A DNA stretch of 64,000 bases from a bacterium (GCA_021372575.1 JAJFUE010000029.1:22646-86645); one strand, 5' to 3'; counted from the first letter of the stretch, positions 10,037 through 19,205 are shown. The notes: generated by a model not told the origin, from the letters alone. Numbers and translations are program-made.

Positions 10037-11683
10037 ATGCGTCGTCGAGCCACATTTCTTTTGAACCGGTTGCCCGAAATCCTGTGCTTCGCGCTGCCGC
10101 TGGCGTATTGCGCGTTCTTTGCCGCGCCGGCGCGCGAGCTGAAGCCCGATCAGGCGTTCCTCGGTTTCCTGCACACCGATCAGGTCGTCTATTACGCCCT
10201 CGCGCGCGAGGCCTTCGAGAGCGGCAACGGCCTCGTCTATGCCTCCCCTTACAGCAACGAGCCCGCGAGCCCCCGGATCTATTCGCATTTTGGTTTTCTG
10301 GTCATGGGCTGCATCTGGAAGGCAACCCACCTTCCGCTTCCGTGGCTCGATTACCTCCTGCGCGCGGTCGTCGGCGCGGCGATGATGCTTTTATTGGTCC
10401 GGCTGTTTCGCGCGGCATTGCCGAAAGGCGCGCCGGCCGCCTTCGGCGCGGCGGCCGTGATCGCGCTCAGCGGGATCGCGTGGCTGATCGCCGGGATCCA
10501 GTTCCTTCAGGATTCGTTTCTCATGGGCGCCGGGCCGCCGAACATGGAAGCGTTCCTGCTGGCTTTCAAGCGCGTCGAGAGCGGCTATGGCGAATGGTAT
10601 CTGAACGTCTTCGGCAATCTCACGTTCGTGCACGAGCTTCTGTTCCACGTCCTGTTTTTCGGCGCGATGCTGGCGCTCGTTCGCGGCCGGGCGTGGATCG
10701 CGACCTTGATTCTCTTCCTCACGTGGTGGTCGCACCCATATACCGGGCTTCAGCTCGGCCTGATCGCCGGCGCGTTCCTGTTCCTTGAAGTCATCCTCGG
10801 CCGGCGCGCGTGGGTGCTGCCTCTCCTCGCCTGCGCGTTCATCAACTTCATCGCGCTGGCCTACTACCTTCTTTTTCTTCCGCGCTTCCCCGAGCACGCA
10901 TCGGTCTATGAGCAAATGCGCCAGTTCTCGCACCCGATGCTGTTCTCGAAGCTCCTGCCGGCCTACGGCCTGTTTCTGGCATTGCCGTTGTTTTTTGCCG
11001 GCGCGCCCGATTTCCGAAGATTGCTCAAAGAATCCCCCGCCGCGCGGCTGATGCTCGGCTGGCTCGTGATCACGGCCGCCCTCATGTTCCACGACCGCAT
11101 CCTGTTCTTCATGAAGCCGTTCCAGCCGATGCACTTCACGCGCGGCTACCTGTTCGTGCCGCTCGTTTATTTTTCGATCTGCGCACTTGGCTGGCTGCGC
11201 GACCGCTGGAATTTGTCGCCGGGAAAATATGCCATCCTGCTGGCAATTCCATTTCTGCTGCAATTGCCCGACAACCTGATCCGCACGGCCATGTTGCGCG
11301 ACGAGGTCCGCAACCGGGAATATTTATACTGGATCCCGCGCGCCGACCTGGACCTGCTCAAGAAAATCGACGCGGTCGAACCCACGCTCACGATCCACGC
11401 CGTCGGCAACGGCGAACTCGAGCGCATGATCCCGGTCCTGACGCATCACCGCGCCGTGTTCGGCCATCTCTACAACACGCCGTTCAAGGCCGAAAAGACC
11501 CGCCTCGTCTCCGAATTCGACGAGAATCTGGACATGCAATCCCTGCGCGCGATGAAAGCCGAAGCCCTTCTCCTGCCCGCATCGGAGTTGGAGAAACTCC
11601 GCGCGAACCTTGGGCCCAACGAATGCAAAATCGTTTTTCAACAGGGACACTTGTTCTTTGTGAAGATCACGTTCAAGGATTGA
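10037..11683 (+). CDS. Polytopic integral membrane protein of unknown function (more than 10 predicted TM helices)
   Basis: 548 aa, repeated hydrophobic segments, no recognisable catalytic motif. The minus ORF 10391..11263 is its antisense artefact. Confidence 0.5.
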   Translation: MRRRATFLLNRLPEILCFALPLAYCAFFAAPARELKPDQAFLGFLHTDQVVYYALAREAFESGNGLVYASPYSNEPASPRIYSHFGFLVMGCIWKATHLPLPWLDYLLRAVVGAAMMLLLVRLFRAALPKGAPAAFGAAAVIALSGIAWLIAGIQFLQDSFLMGAGPPNMEAFLLAFKRVESGYGEWYLNVFGNLTFVHELLFHVLFFGAMLALVRGRAWIATLILFLTWWSHPYTGLQLGLIAGAFLFLEVILGRRAWVLPLLACAFINFIALAYYLLFLPRFPEHASVYEQMRQFSHPMLFSKLLPAYGLFLALPLFFAGAPDFRRLLKESPAARLMLGWLVITAALMFHDRILFFMKPFQPMHFTRGYLFVPLVYFSICALGWLRDRWNLSPGKYAILLAIPFLLQLPDNLIRTAMLRDEVRNREYLYWIPRADLDLLKKIDAVEPTLTIHAVGNGELERMIPVLTHHRAVFGHLYNTPFKAEKTRLVSEFDENLDMQSLRAMKAEALLLPASELEKLRANLGPNECKIVFQQGHLFFVKITFKD

Positions 11684-12170
11684 CTGAAATCCGAAGAAGA
11701 TATCCACCAGAGCGCCGAAGGCGCGAATCATCCCAGCCTGGGGCGCAGCGAAGCGAAGCCCCAGGACGGAAGATCCCATATCTTAAAATGAGCGCTGAAA
11801 GCGCGGCAGAAATATCGATGGTCTCTAATCCCGTATTTTTTTATGCGCCTTGACCTCTGATGTGGTGCTTTTGATGCGTTTTTCTTTTTGGACCGCGAAG
11901 CGGTTCGATCTCCAAGCCCGGTCTCGTCACGATGATCAAGCCCCCATCCTCGTAACCCCGCGATTCATCGCGGGGTCCGCGCAATCCTTTCTTCGGGAAA
12001 CCGTTTCAACGGTTTCCCTTCGCATTGATCCTGTTTGAGACTTTTGAAAAATGTTCCCGCATTCATATCGCCTGAAAATCCGCAAAAATATTTTATTTTT
12101 TTTCAAATTAAGGGTCGTTAAGTTTCCTAAGGGTTCCTAAGGGAATATACAAATCAAAACATTTTGGTTT

Positions 12171-12854
12171 ATGCTCGCGACCGACCTCGGGAACGCCCGA
12201 GTCACAGAGCTTTCGGCAGAATCAACGAACATGCCAGCCGCCACCGACATCTCCAACCTCGTCTCCGGCGCCGATTCCGCCGAGCGTCTTCTGCTGGCAT
12301 GCCTTAAAACCGCGGAAACGAATGGCACGACGTTCTCCACGCTCGACAAAATGGTCACCACGCTCGCCCGCCTGACCGCCATCCGCAAATCATTGATCAA
12401 TCTTTCCGATAGCCCCGAACCCGAATCGCCTGATTCAACAGATCATTCCCATTCATCCCATCATTCCCATTCCCCCGAAAACCCATCAACTACCGATTCC
12501 ATCTGCGAGCCGTCGATACGTGAAGTCCGGGAAATCCCCGCAATGCCCCTCGACCGCATCGCCGGTGAACTCAACCGCATCAACTGTGATCTCACCGAAC
12601 AACTGCAATTCGCACAAATCGTTCGTAGTCCCGCCTTCAGGCGGAACGATCAATTCATCCAATCCGCGCAATCCGCGTTCGGCCCGAATTCCGATCCGCC
12701 CCCATCCGTTCAATCCACGTCATCCAAGTGTGGCCCGAATTCCGATCCGCCCTCATCCGTTCAATCCGCGTCATCCGCGTGTGGCTTGGATTCCGATCCG
12801 TCCCCATCCGTTCAATCCGCGTCATCCGCGTGTGGCTCGGCAGGCTATGCCTAG
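12171..12854 (+). CDS. Hypothetical Ser/Pro-rich protein with three 51-bp tandem repeats (GPNSDPPPSVQS(T/A)SS(K/A)C)x3; contains one copy of the 26-bp palindromic element
   Basis: ORF in the lower-GC patch. Tandem repeat at 12681..12833; palindromic element at 12621..12646, in frame. Confidence 0.35.
   Translation: MLATDLGNARVTELSAESTNMPAATDISNLVSGADSAERLLLACLKTAETNGTTFSTLDKMVTTLARLTAIRKSLINLSDSPEPESPDSTDHSHSSHHSHSPENPSTTDSICEPSIREVREIPAMPLDRIAGELNRINCDLTEQLQFAQIVRSPAFRRNDQFIQSAQSAFGPNSDPPPSVQSTSSKCGPNSDPPSSVQSASSACGLDSDPSPSVQSASSACGSAGYA
12621..12646. repeat. 26-bp palindromic element GTTCGTAGTYCCGCCTTCAGGCGGAA (copy 1 of 4)
   Basis: Stem CCGCC/GGCGG with loop TTCA. The same sequence occurs at 15873..15898, 15919..15944 (inverted) and 16108..16133. 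Confidence 0.8.
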
Positions 12855-12965
12855 CTGATAGCAACTGCCCAACCACGAACATATATCGAAAATAAACGAG
12901 CTCCAACGGAGCGCGGCGAGGTACAACTGTACCCATCAACCGCCCCATTGGAGCTTGTCGATTAT

Positions 12966-13033
12966 GAAGCCCGTGAACACCGCTCTCCTGAGCGGCATAT
13001 CTGCCGGGCCGAGCGGAAGATCAGCTTTCCCGA
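12966..13033. repeat. About 68-bp structured direct repeat (GAAGCCCGKGAACACCGCTCTCCYGAGCGG…), degenerate copy, upstream of gene 13114..14223
   Basis: About 85% identical to 14223..14288. Confidence 0.6.
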
Positions 13034-13113
13034 GCCTCGAAATCTAAATGGCGAATAACAGACGAGAGGTTGTCCCTGACACTTGACCTTGCGATTACGC
13101 CGCGGTTGAATGT

Positions 13114-14223
13114 TTGACGCCTTTTGAAAGGCATAAATCACACGTGAGAAAGTTCTGGCTAACACTGGCGGCCATTCTGCTGATTTTCGGGATCTGTTTC
13201 TACTTGATGCCATGTTCCGGCAATGGACGGAATCACCGGAACAGCCTGAGAATCGTGGATGTCCTGGCCGAGATCGAAATTCCCAGGGAAATCCCGCACG
13301 AGGACTTGAACAGTATCAGGCTGTCCTGTTCCACCGATTGCGAGGATATTCTGGTCACGTGCCGAAATCCCAATCCCTTTCCAGATCCGCCGAATCACAA
13401 GGTGTATGGAGTTCTTCACCGCGAACGCAGCGGGAAAATCAACTTCATCCAAAAGCCGCAAAGCGACGGGCGGTGGGTGGTGGACGGAAGAGTCGTTTCG
13501 GAAACGGGTGTGCAGGGTTTTCAAGGCGTGCAACCCAGGCCATCTCCGGAAACCGTCCGACGGTTCAAGAAGGTATATGTTGACATCGGCAAGCGATACG
13601 AGATCGAAATCGAGCAACCGGGCGGCAAAGAACTTGAGGATATGAAGGCGATTCTGCAAATAGACGGCACGCGATTTGAAAATATCTACGAGACCCCGGT
13701 TTTCCCCAGCGAGCATCTGATGCAGTATGTCTTTCATGGGGGAGGGCCGGGCAACGAAGGGCTCTTTGCTTTCTACAACAACAAGAAAATCGAAATCACC
13801 GAGCCGGCGCCAAATAATCGTTTGGACGAATTTAATTACGATCCCCTCAAGCACCGCGTCATGTATCAAGGAACCGTCTTTGATCTGGGCACAAAGGCCC
13901 GACGCGCGATTCCCGTTTTCGTCGGGAACGATTACGTGGAATTTTTTATCATCCCCGGCCACGATCTGCTTGTGCGACAACTTCGTTACAATGTGGATGA
14001 CGATCCAGAAGCGGACTACACGGATTCGGCGGGCGATCTCGAGGTGTGCAATCTATACGGCGAGCCGTTTGCGGCGTTGCGATTGCAAAAGAACCGTAAA
14101 ACCGAAAATTGGTTCCCGTTTTCAATCGCCGCATCAAAAAATCTGATCGCATACACGTTGAAGGAAAAAGACCGGCTGGTGATCAGGGTCCATGGGACAG
14201 GAGAGTTGCGCAAGACGAATTGA
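13114..14223 (+). CDS. Hypothetical membrane-anchored protein (single N-terminal TM helix)
   Basis: 369 aa with an N-terminal FWLTLAAILLIFGICFYLM helix. Flanked by about 68-bp direct repeats. The competing minus ORF 13159..13980 is shorter. Confidence 0.4.
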   Translation: MTPFERHKSHVRKFWLTLAAILLIFGICFYLMPCSGNGRNHRNSLRIVDVLAEIEIPREIPHEDLNSIRLSCSTDCEDILVTCRNPNPFPDPPNHKVYGVLHRERSGKINFIQKPQSDGRWVVDGRVVSETGVQGFQGVQPRPSPETVRRFKKVYVDIGKRYEIEIEQPGGKELEDMKAILQIDGTRFENIYETPVFPSEHLMQYVFHGGGPGNEGLFAFYNNKKIEITEPAPNNRLDEFNYDPLKHRVMYQGTVFDLGTKARRAIPVFVGNDYVEFFIIPGHDLLVRQLRYNVDDDPEADYTDSAGDLEVCNLYGEPFAALRLQKNRKTENWFPFSIAASKNLIAYTLKEKDRLVIRVHGTGELRKTN

Positions 14224-14288
14224 AGCCCGGGAACACCGCTCTCCCGAGCGGCTATCTGCCGGGCCGATCGGGAGATCGGCGTTCCCGG
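14223..14288. repeat. About 66-bp structured direct repeat, intact copy: outer stem CCCGGGAAC/GTTCCCGGG enclosing two hairpins (CCGCTC-TCCC-GAGCGG and CCGATC-GGGA-GATCGG)
   Basis: Direct reading. Paired with 12966..13033. Confidence 0.6.
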
Positions 14289-14578
14289 GGCGCGAACTCG
14301 CGCTCGATTACTGCATCAAAAAACGAACCGGAAGAAAGAATCGAGATCCACGGAACACACGGAATTAGAATTTCTCCGTTTTCTCCGTTTCCTCCTGTTC
14401 AATTCTTCTGTTCAGAAATATTCTCTGCCTCTCTGCCAAACTCTGCTTCTCTGCGACAAAAATCTTTTTCGTGTTTTTTCGTGCTCTTCTTTCGTGTGTT
14501 TCGTGTTTGCATTTTTGGGTTGCGGCTCCGCTGCGCCAAGTATTCAGTGTATTCCGTGGTTCAGAGCGACCTGCTGAC

Positions 14579-15787
14579 CTACTCTTTTCCAAGCACGGTC
14601 TTGATGAACTGGTCGCCTTCGAGGAGGCCGTAGCCGCCCTTGGCGCAGGCGGCTTCGTCGTAGCGCTCGACGGAGTCCGCCTCGATGCCGGGGCTCATGA
14701 TCGCGAACGGCACGTCGCCATGGATGTGCACGCGGCTCTCGACGGGCGTCGGGTGATCCGGCAGGAGCGCCACGACGGCGCGCTCGTGTTTCTTTTCCAG
14801 CTCGCCCAGAATGCGCCCGATCAGCCGTCGATCCAAATCTTCGATCGATTTGATCTTGCGCTCCAAGTTGCCTTCGTGGCTCGCCTCGTCGGGGGCCTCG
14901 ACGTGCAGATAGACAAAATCGTGGTCCTTGAGCGCGTTGAGGCACGCGTCGGCCTTGCCCTCGAAGTTGGTGTTCCACAGGCCGGTCGCGCCTTCGACCT
15001 TGATCACGTCCAGCCCGGCATAGACGCCGATGCCGCGGATGAGATCGACGGCCGAGATGACCGCGCCGGTGACGCCGAAACGGTCCTTGTAAGTCCACAT
15101 CGTCGGCCGGCGGCCCGGCGACCACAGCCAGATGGAATTGGCGGGGTCCTTGCCCTCGGCGCGGCGGCGCTCGTTGAGCGGGTGGTGTTCGAACAGCTCC
15201 CACGAGCGGCGCGTGATGCGGTTGAGCAGCTCGGCCGTGGCCTTCGCCTGTGAGTTCTTCGGCTTGATCATGAGGTCCTCGACGAGTTCGCCGGGGTGGT
15301 CGTGCGGCGGCATGCAGATGAGGTCCGGGCTCAGGCCGTGGCCGACGAACAGGTGCCGGTAATCGACGCCGGTGTAGAAGCTGAGGCCGTGACCGCCGAC
15401 CTCGGCGCGCAGCACGCCGAGCAACTCGTCCGACTCGGCCGAAGTGATGTGGCCCGCCGAGTGGTTCTTGATGCGCTTGTTCTCGATGCACAGGACGTTG
15501 CAGCGCATCGCCATGTCGTCGTCGCCGATCTCGACGCCCATCGACGCGGCCTCGAGCGCGCCGCGCCCGTAGCCGCACGTGCGCGCGTCGAAACCCATCA
15601 CGCCGAGGTTCGCGACCTCGCTGCCGGGAGGAAGATCGGCGGGCACCGTGCGAAACAGTCCGCAGCGCCCCTCGCGCGCGATGCGGTCCATGTTGGGCTT
15701 GTTCGCCACCTGAAGCGGCGTCTTCCCATTGAGCTTCTTGACCGGAACGTCCGCCATCCCGTCGCCGAGGATCACGATGTACTTCAT
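14579..15787 (-). CDS. apgM: 2,3-bisphosphoglycerate-independent phosphoglycerate mutase, archaeal-type (ApgM family)
   Basis: Start MKYIVILGDGMAD (alternative upstream start at 15820). Metal-binding DGMAD, HVEAPDEASHEG and LLPDHPTP motifs typical of cofactor-independent PGM / alkaline phosphatase-superfamily ApgM. Confidence 0.8.
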   Translation of the reverse strand: MKYIVILGDGMADVPVKKLNGKTPLQVANKPNMDRIAREGRCGLFRTVPADLPPGSEVANLGVMGFDARTCGYGRGALEAASMGVEIGDDDMAMRCNVLCIENKRIKNHSAGHITSAESDELLGVLRAEVGGHGLSFYTGVDYRHLFVGHGLSPDLICMPPHDHPGELVEDLMIKPKNSQAKATAELLNRITRRSWELFEHHPLNERRRAEGKDPANSIWLWSPGRRPTMWTYKDRFGVTGAVISAVDLIRGIGVYAGLDVIKVEGATGLWNTNFEGKADACLNALKDHDFVYLHVEAPDEASHEGNLERKIKSIEDLDRRLIGRILGELEKKHERAVVALLPDHPTPVESRVHIHGDVPFAIMSPGIEADSVERYDEAACAKGGYGLLEGDQFIKTVLGKE

Positions 15788-15872
15788 GACGATGCCTTTC
15801 CGAATGGACTGCCTGACCAAGCCATTTTTTCAGGAAACGAGGGAATACGGAATCGAAAAAAGTAACGTAAGG

Positions 15873-15898
15873 TTCGTAGTTCCGCCTTCAGGCGGAAT
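15873..15898. repeat. 26-bp palindromic element (copy 2)
   Basis: GTTCGTAGTTCCGCCTTCAGGCGGAA. Confidence 0.8.
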
Positions 15899-15918
15899 AT
15901 GCACGCCGCTTGGTTATG

Positions 15919-15944
15919 TTCCGCCTGAAGGCGGCACTACCAAC
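15919..15944. repeat. 26-bp palindromic element (copy 3, inverted relative to copy 2); it abuts the stop codon of the sigma54 activator
   Basis: TTCCGCCTGAAGGCGGCACTACCAAC, the reverse complement of the consensus. Copies 2 and 3 form a long inverted pair. Confidence 0.8.
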
Positions 15945-15945
15945 T

Positions 15946-16935
15946 CTATGTTTTAATCTTGTCCTGGTATTTCCTGTAATAACCGCGGAACTGGTGGTAG
16001 GTCAGGCCGAGGCACTCGGCAGCCTGACGCTGGTTGTAGTGGGTGGCCTCGAGCGCCTCGCGCAGCCGCCGCAGCTCGAGCTCGGCAATCTCGTCGGTAA
16101 GGGTAATGTTCGTAGTCCCGCCTTCAGGCGGAACAACAGGGTTGCTCGCGTGATTCGCCCACTCCGACTCGAACGGGTTGAAGATGATGTCGTCGATCGG
16201 CTCGCCGCCGCAGCGATAGACCATGCGCTCGATGACGTTCTTGAGCTCGCGGACGTTGCCCGGCCATTCGTAATCGAGCAGCATCGCCCTCGCGCGCCCG
16301 GTGAGCTCGGGGGCCTTCTCATAGCCCATCTCGGACGCCATGCGGCGCGCGAAGTGCTCGGCGAGGATCGGGATGTCGTCCTTGCGCGCGCGCAGCGGAG
16401 GCAGCGTGATCACCTCGAAGCTGAGGCGGTCCAGCAGGTCCTGGCGGAACTGGCCGTCGCGCGCCATCGCGAGGAGGTCGGCGTGCGTGGCCGCGATCAG
16501 GCGCACGTTGGCGATGATGGGCGTCGAACTGCCGACGCGCTCCATCTGGCCGTACTCGACGACGCGCAGAATTTTCTCCTGGACCGTGGGCGGGATGTTG
16601 GCGACCTCGTCGAGGAACAGGGAGCCGCCATCGGCGATCTCGAAGCGCCCCTTGCGCTGGCGCAGCGCCCCGGTGAACGCGCCGGCCTCGTGGCCGAACA
16701 GCTCGCTCTCGATCAGCGTCGGGCTGAGCGCGGCGCAGTTGAGCGTGACGTAGGGCTGGCTCCAGCGCGTCGAGAGCATGTGCAGGCGCGCGGCGGCGAG
16801 CTCCTTGCCGGTGCCGCGCTCGCCGATAAAAATCACCGGCCGGCTGGTGCGCGCGGCCATCGAAATGCGCTCCTGCAGCTCGAGGAACGCCTCGGACTGG
16901 CCAAGGGCCTGGTTGTCAAGAACCCCGTCGCTCAT
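15946..16935 (-). CDS. Sigma-54-dependent transcriptional activator, AAA+ and HTH domains only (PspF-like, no sensor domain), with an in-frame palindromic-element insertion in the linker
   Basis: 329 aa. Walker A GERGTGKE, GAFTGA loop (…ESELFGHEAGAFTGA…), Walker B, C-terminal HTH (…QRQAAECLGLTYHQFRGYY…). The peptide VVPPEGGTTN is encoded by the 26-bp element at 16108..16133. Confidence 0.8.
   Translation of the reverse strand: MSDGVLDNQALGQSEAFLELQERISMAARTSRPVIFIGERGTGKELAAARLHMLSTRWSQPYVTLNCAALSPTLIESELFGHEAGAFTGALRQRKGRFEIADGGSLFLDEVANIPPTVQEKILRVVEYGQMERVGSSTPIIANVRLIAATHADLLAMARDGQFRQDLLDRLSFEVITLPPLRARKDDIPILAEHFARRMASEMGYEKAPELTGRARAMLLDYEWPGNVRELKNVIERMVYRCGGEPIDDIIFNPFESEWANHASNPVVPPEGGTTNITLTDEIAELELRRLREALEATHYNQRQAAECLGLTYHQFRGYYRKYQDKIKT
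16108..16133. repeat. 26-bp palindromic element (copy 4), in frame inside the sigma54 activator CDS
   Basis: GTTCGTAGTCCCGCCTTCAGGCGGAAC. Confidence 0.8.
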
Positions 16936-17047
16936 GATCCGCTCCCGGGAAAATCGCGAGAAATGCCAACGTTACGGAACAAGGTAACACCAACGGCGGG
17001 TTTTTTGTGAAGCGGAAAAGGTGCACAAAAAAGATGGCAAAGGAAAC

Positions 17048-17077
17048 TTGACAATCGGGGTGCAAAATCGGTTTAGT
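17048..17077 (+). promoter_or_regulatory. Candidate sigma70 promoter for the tRNA pair (TTGACA, 17-18 nt spacer, TTTAGT/TAGTAG)
   Basis: TTGACA at 17048..17053, an AT-rich -10-like region 17 to 18 nt downstream, about 30 nt upstream of tRNA-Gln. Confidence 0.3.
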
Positions 17078-17108
17078 AGTAGTGGTTGCGGCTTTTGATG
17101 GCCAATGC

Positions 17109-17184
17109 TGGGGAGTGGTGTAGTTGGTAACACGCCTGACTCTGGATCAGGAGTTCGTAGGTTCGAGTCCTACCTCCCCAGCCA
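17109..17184 (+). tRNA. tRNA-Gln (anticodon CTG), CCA encoded
   Basis: Cloverleaf read by hand. Acceptor TGGGGAG/CTCCCCA, anticodon stem CCTGA/TCAGG with loop CTCTGGA, T-arm GTAGG-TTCGAGT-CCTAC, discriminator G, CCA. Confidence 0.8.
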
Positions 17185-17214
17185 CTTCAAACCATCGATT
17201 CCCTACCAACAGGT

Positions 17215-17290
17215 GGCGCTATCGTCTAGGGGTCTAGGACGCTGGCCTCTCACGCCGGAAACAGGGGTTCGAATCCCCTTGGCGCTACCA
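17215..17290 (+). tRNA. tRNA-Glu (anticodon CTC), CCA encoded; the integration target of the island
   Basis: Aligns with E. coli tRNA-Glu along its whole length (TCGTCTAG…AGGAC…CTCAC…AACAGGGGTTCGAATCCCCT). Anticodon stem CTGGC/GCCGG, loop CTCTCAC, T-loop TTCGAAT, discriminator A, CCA. The acceptor stem has G1:U72 and U6:G67 wobble pairs. Confidence 0.75.
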
Positions 17291-17303
17291 AACTGAATTC
17301 GCA

Positions 17304-17337
17304 AGACTTAGCTGATGAAGCTAGGTCTTTTTTATTG
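17304..17337 (+). terminator. Rho-independent terminator after the tRNA-Glu gene
   Basis: 9-bp stem AGACTTAGC / GCTAGGTCT (one G:U), 7-nt loop, followed by TTTTTTATT. Confidence 0.5.
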
Positions 17338-17375
17338 TAGTAAGACCCCACGTTACACGGGTCATGTTACACGGG

Positions 17376-18470
17376 TCACTCCGATACACCATCTTTCTTG
17401 GGCTCAGGAAGCGCGATCTCCAGGATCGGAGCGGTCGGATGACAGTAACGCTCCGTAGTGCTGATCCGGTTGTGTCCAAGCGCCGCCTTGAGCGCGAACG
17501 CATTGTGCCCAACCATCTCAGCCATCAATGTCGCGTAGGTGTGGCGAAACGAATGCCCAGTAAGCTTTTGCCCGAGTGCATCATACTTGGGGATACCCGC
17601 TTTCTTTAGAACATCATCGAACTGGCGGCAGGCAGCGAAAAGACGCTTGAATACAAACGCTGTCTTTGAACGCTTCATTTGCGATTTAAGAGGCTCGATG
17701 ACCCATTCGGGCAACGGAATCACGCGCACCTTCGGATTCGCCTTAGCTGCCCCTTGACGCTGTTTGGCTGTTCTTAGCCTGATTAGGCTGTGCTCGAAGT
17801 CCACCTCGGTCTTGAGCAGCGGTTTGTGGGTGCTCATCGGAGAAGGCACGAGTTCTGCCTGACGCGCACCGGTGGCAAGCATGAGCAAGTAAAGCGGTTT
17901 GAGTCGAGCAGGACAAGCCTCGAAAAATTTGGCGAGTTCTTCATTGGTTAAAGCACGTTGTGCGGTTACCTTGCCTGGTTTAGGAGTGGGCTTCTGCACG
18001 TGGAATCCATTTACGCGCAGCATCCGGATCATATAGATCAGTTCCCGGTTGACGGTGCCGAGAGATCTCGTCTTTAGGCGATAACGTTGGAATTTCTCCA
18101 GTAGCTCGGTTGTGATCCTTTCCAGTTTGATGTCGCCGGCGTAGTTCAGGAAGTTCTTTAGCGAGAACTCAACCCGCTCACTCTGAAGGGGCGAGACGTC
18201 TATCTTGAGCCGCTGCACCTCTGCCTTGATCGCGTTGGAGAGAGTCAACGGGTCCCTTGGGTCAATCCGATAGCTCTCCGCCATCTCTTTGAGGCGCGGG
18301 ATCTCTTTAAGCGCTCGTTTCTTGTCCGTCTGCCCTGTTGAACGGCTCCAAGTCTTGCCATTCACCTCAGTCTGATAAATCCAAACGTTTCGACCTTTCA
18401 TACGACGTAAAACCATCGACAAAGCCTCTGTTGGGCTGCGCGCCCAGGAATGTATCTGCATGCGATTCAC
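17376..18470 (-). CDS. int: Tyrosine-type site-specific integrase (phage integrase family)
   Basis: 364 aa. C-terminal catalytic motifs …GHSFRHTYAT… and …LGHNRISTTERYCH… (H-x-x-R and the catalytic Y). N-terminal SAM-like/AP2-like DNA-binding region. Confidence 0.85.
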   Translation of the reverse strand: MNRMQIHSWARSPTEALSMVLRRMKGRNVWIYQTEVNGKTWSRSTGQTDKKRALKEIPRLKEMAESYRIDPRDPLTLSNAIKAEVQRLKIDVSPLQSERVEFSLKNFLNYAGDIKLERITTELLEKFQRYRLKTRSLGTVNRELIYMIRMLRVNGFHVQKPTPKPGKVTAQRALTNEELAKFFEACPARLKPLYLLMLATGARQAELVPSPMSTHKPLLKTEVDFEHSLIRLRTAKQRQGAAKANPKVRVIPLPEWVIEPLKSQMKRSKTAFVFKRLFAACRQFDDVLKKAGIPKYDALGQKLTGHSFRHTYATLMAEMVGHNAFALKAALGHNRISTTERYCHPTAPILEIALPEPKKDGVSE

Positions 18471-18974
18471 GTGATGACTTGAAGTGAGAAACTAGCCTAA
18501 ATGCATATGGGTGGGGTCTGATCATGTTTCGCCGCCGAGCAACTTAATATTTAAGTGAAGGTGCATAAGATTCAGAAACCTCGATGCTCATGGCGCGTCC
18601 AGCGGATTCGGATTTCTCGGAGTTCTTTGATCGCCGCCGATCTGTGCAAGATCACGCGCGGACACGACAGACCTCTACACCAAGCGCGCCGACCAAAGCG
18701 CACTTGATCCCCTATGGACTCCACAGCAATCTGTAGAGCCCCTACTATGTTGGTGTACTTCGAACCCTGACCACCTACACAACGGGCTCGGCACGAGGGG
18801 GTGGTTTCACAACTTTCGTTGTGTAAGTGCCGGAAAAGAACGTTGGGTCCCAATTCATTTAATTCAGGCAAGTCCAAAAGTTTCGGTCGCGCTGACATGA
18901 TGCACGGATCAGTTTGATTCATCTGATGATGAATCGCATCTCGTCCCCTCTCCAAACGCCAGCTTGTGACGGCT

Positions 18975-19205
18975 TCACGAAGAAGGTTTCATATCCAGGT
19001 GACTATACCGAGAAATCATCTCGATTGTGGAATGACCGAGGAGTTGCGCTACGCTGTATATGGGAGTTCCATTCATGACGAGATGTGAGTCATAGGCGTG
19101 TCTGAGGTCATGGACACGCACATTAGGCAAACCTGCATATTTCAGACTTTTTGAATTTGGTGCGGAAGTTTGTATCTTCACCATAGACTGCCTCTCCCGG
19201 TTCAC
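18975..19205 (-). pseudogene. C-terminal fragment of a tyrosine recombinase (remnant)
   Basis: The 76-aa ORF encodes only …VHDLRHAYDSHLVMNGTPIYSVAQLLGHSTIEMISRYSHL, the box II catalytic region, with no N-terminal domains. Confidence 0.5.

Noticed and set aside
10391-11263. 290-aa minus ORF
   Set aside because: Antisense of the polytopic membrane protein gene 10037..11683. The composition is low-complexity Q/R/E-rich.
13159-13980. 273-aa minus ORF overlapping the 13114..14223 plus ORF
   Set aside because: It is shorter, has no recognisable features, and sits entirely inside the longer plus-strand ORF, which has an N-terminal TM helix and is bracketed by the direct repeats. I kept the plus ORF, at low confidence.
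14471-15578. Overlapping ORFs 14471..15253 + and 14544..15578 - (344 aa, Arg-rich)
   Set aside because: They overlap apgM in other frames. The apgM translation carries the conserved metal-site motifs and the others do not.
15910-17010. 366-aa plus ORF
   Set aside because: Antisense to the sigma54 activator, whose Walker and GAFTGA motifs are unambiguous.
18572-18955. 127-aa minus ORF between the integrase and the integrase fragment
   Set aside because: No motifs, mixed composition, and it sits in a probable decayed att/integrase-remnant region. It could be a small island ORF, but there is no support for that.
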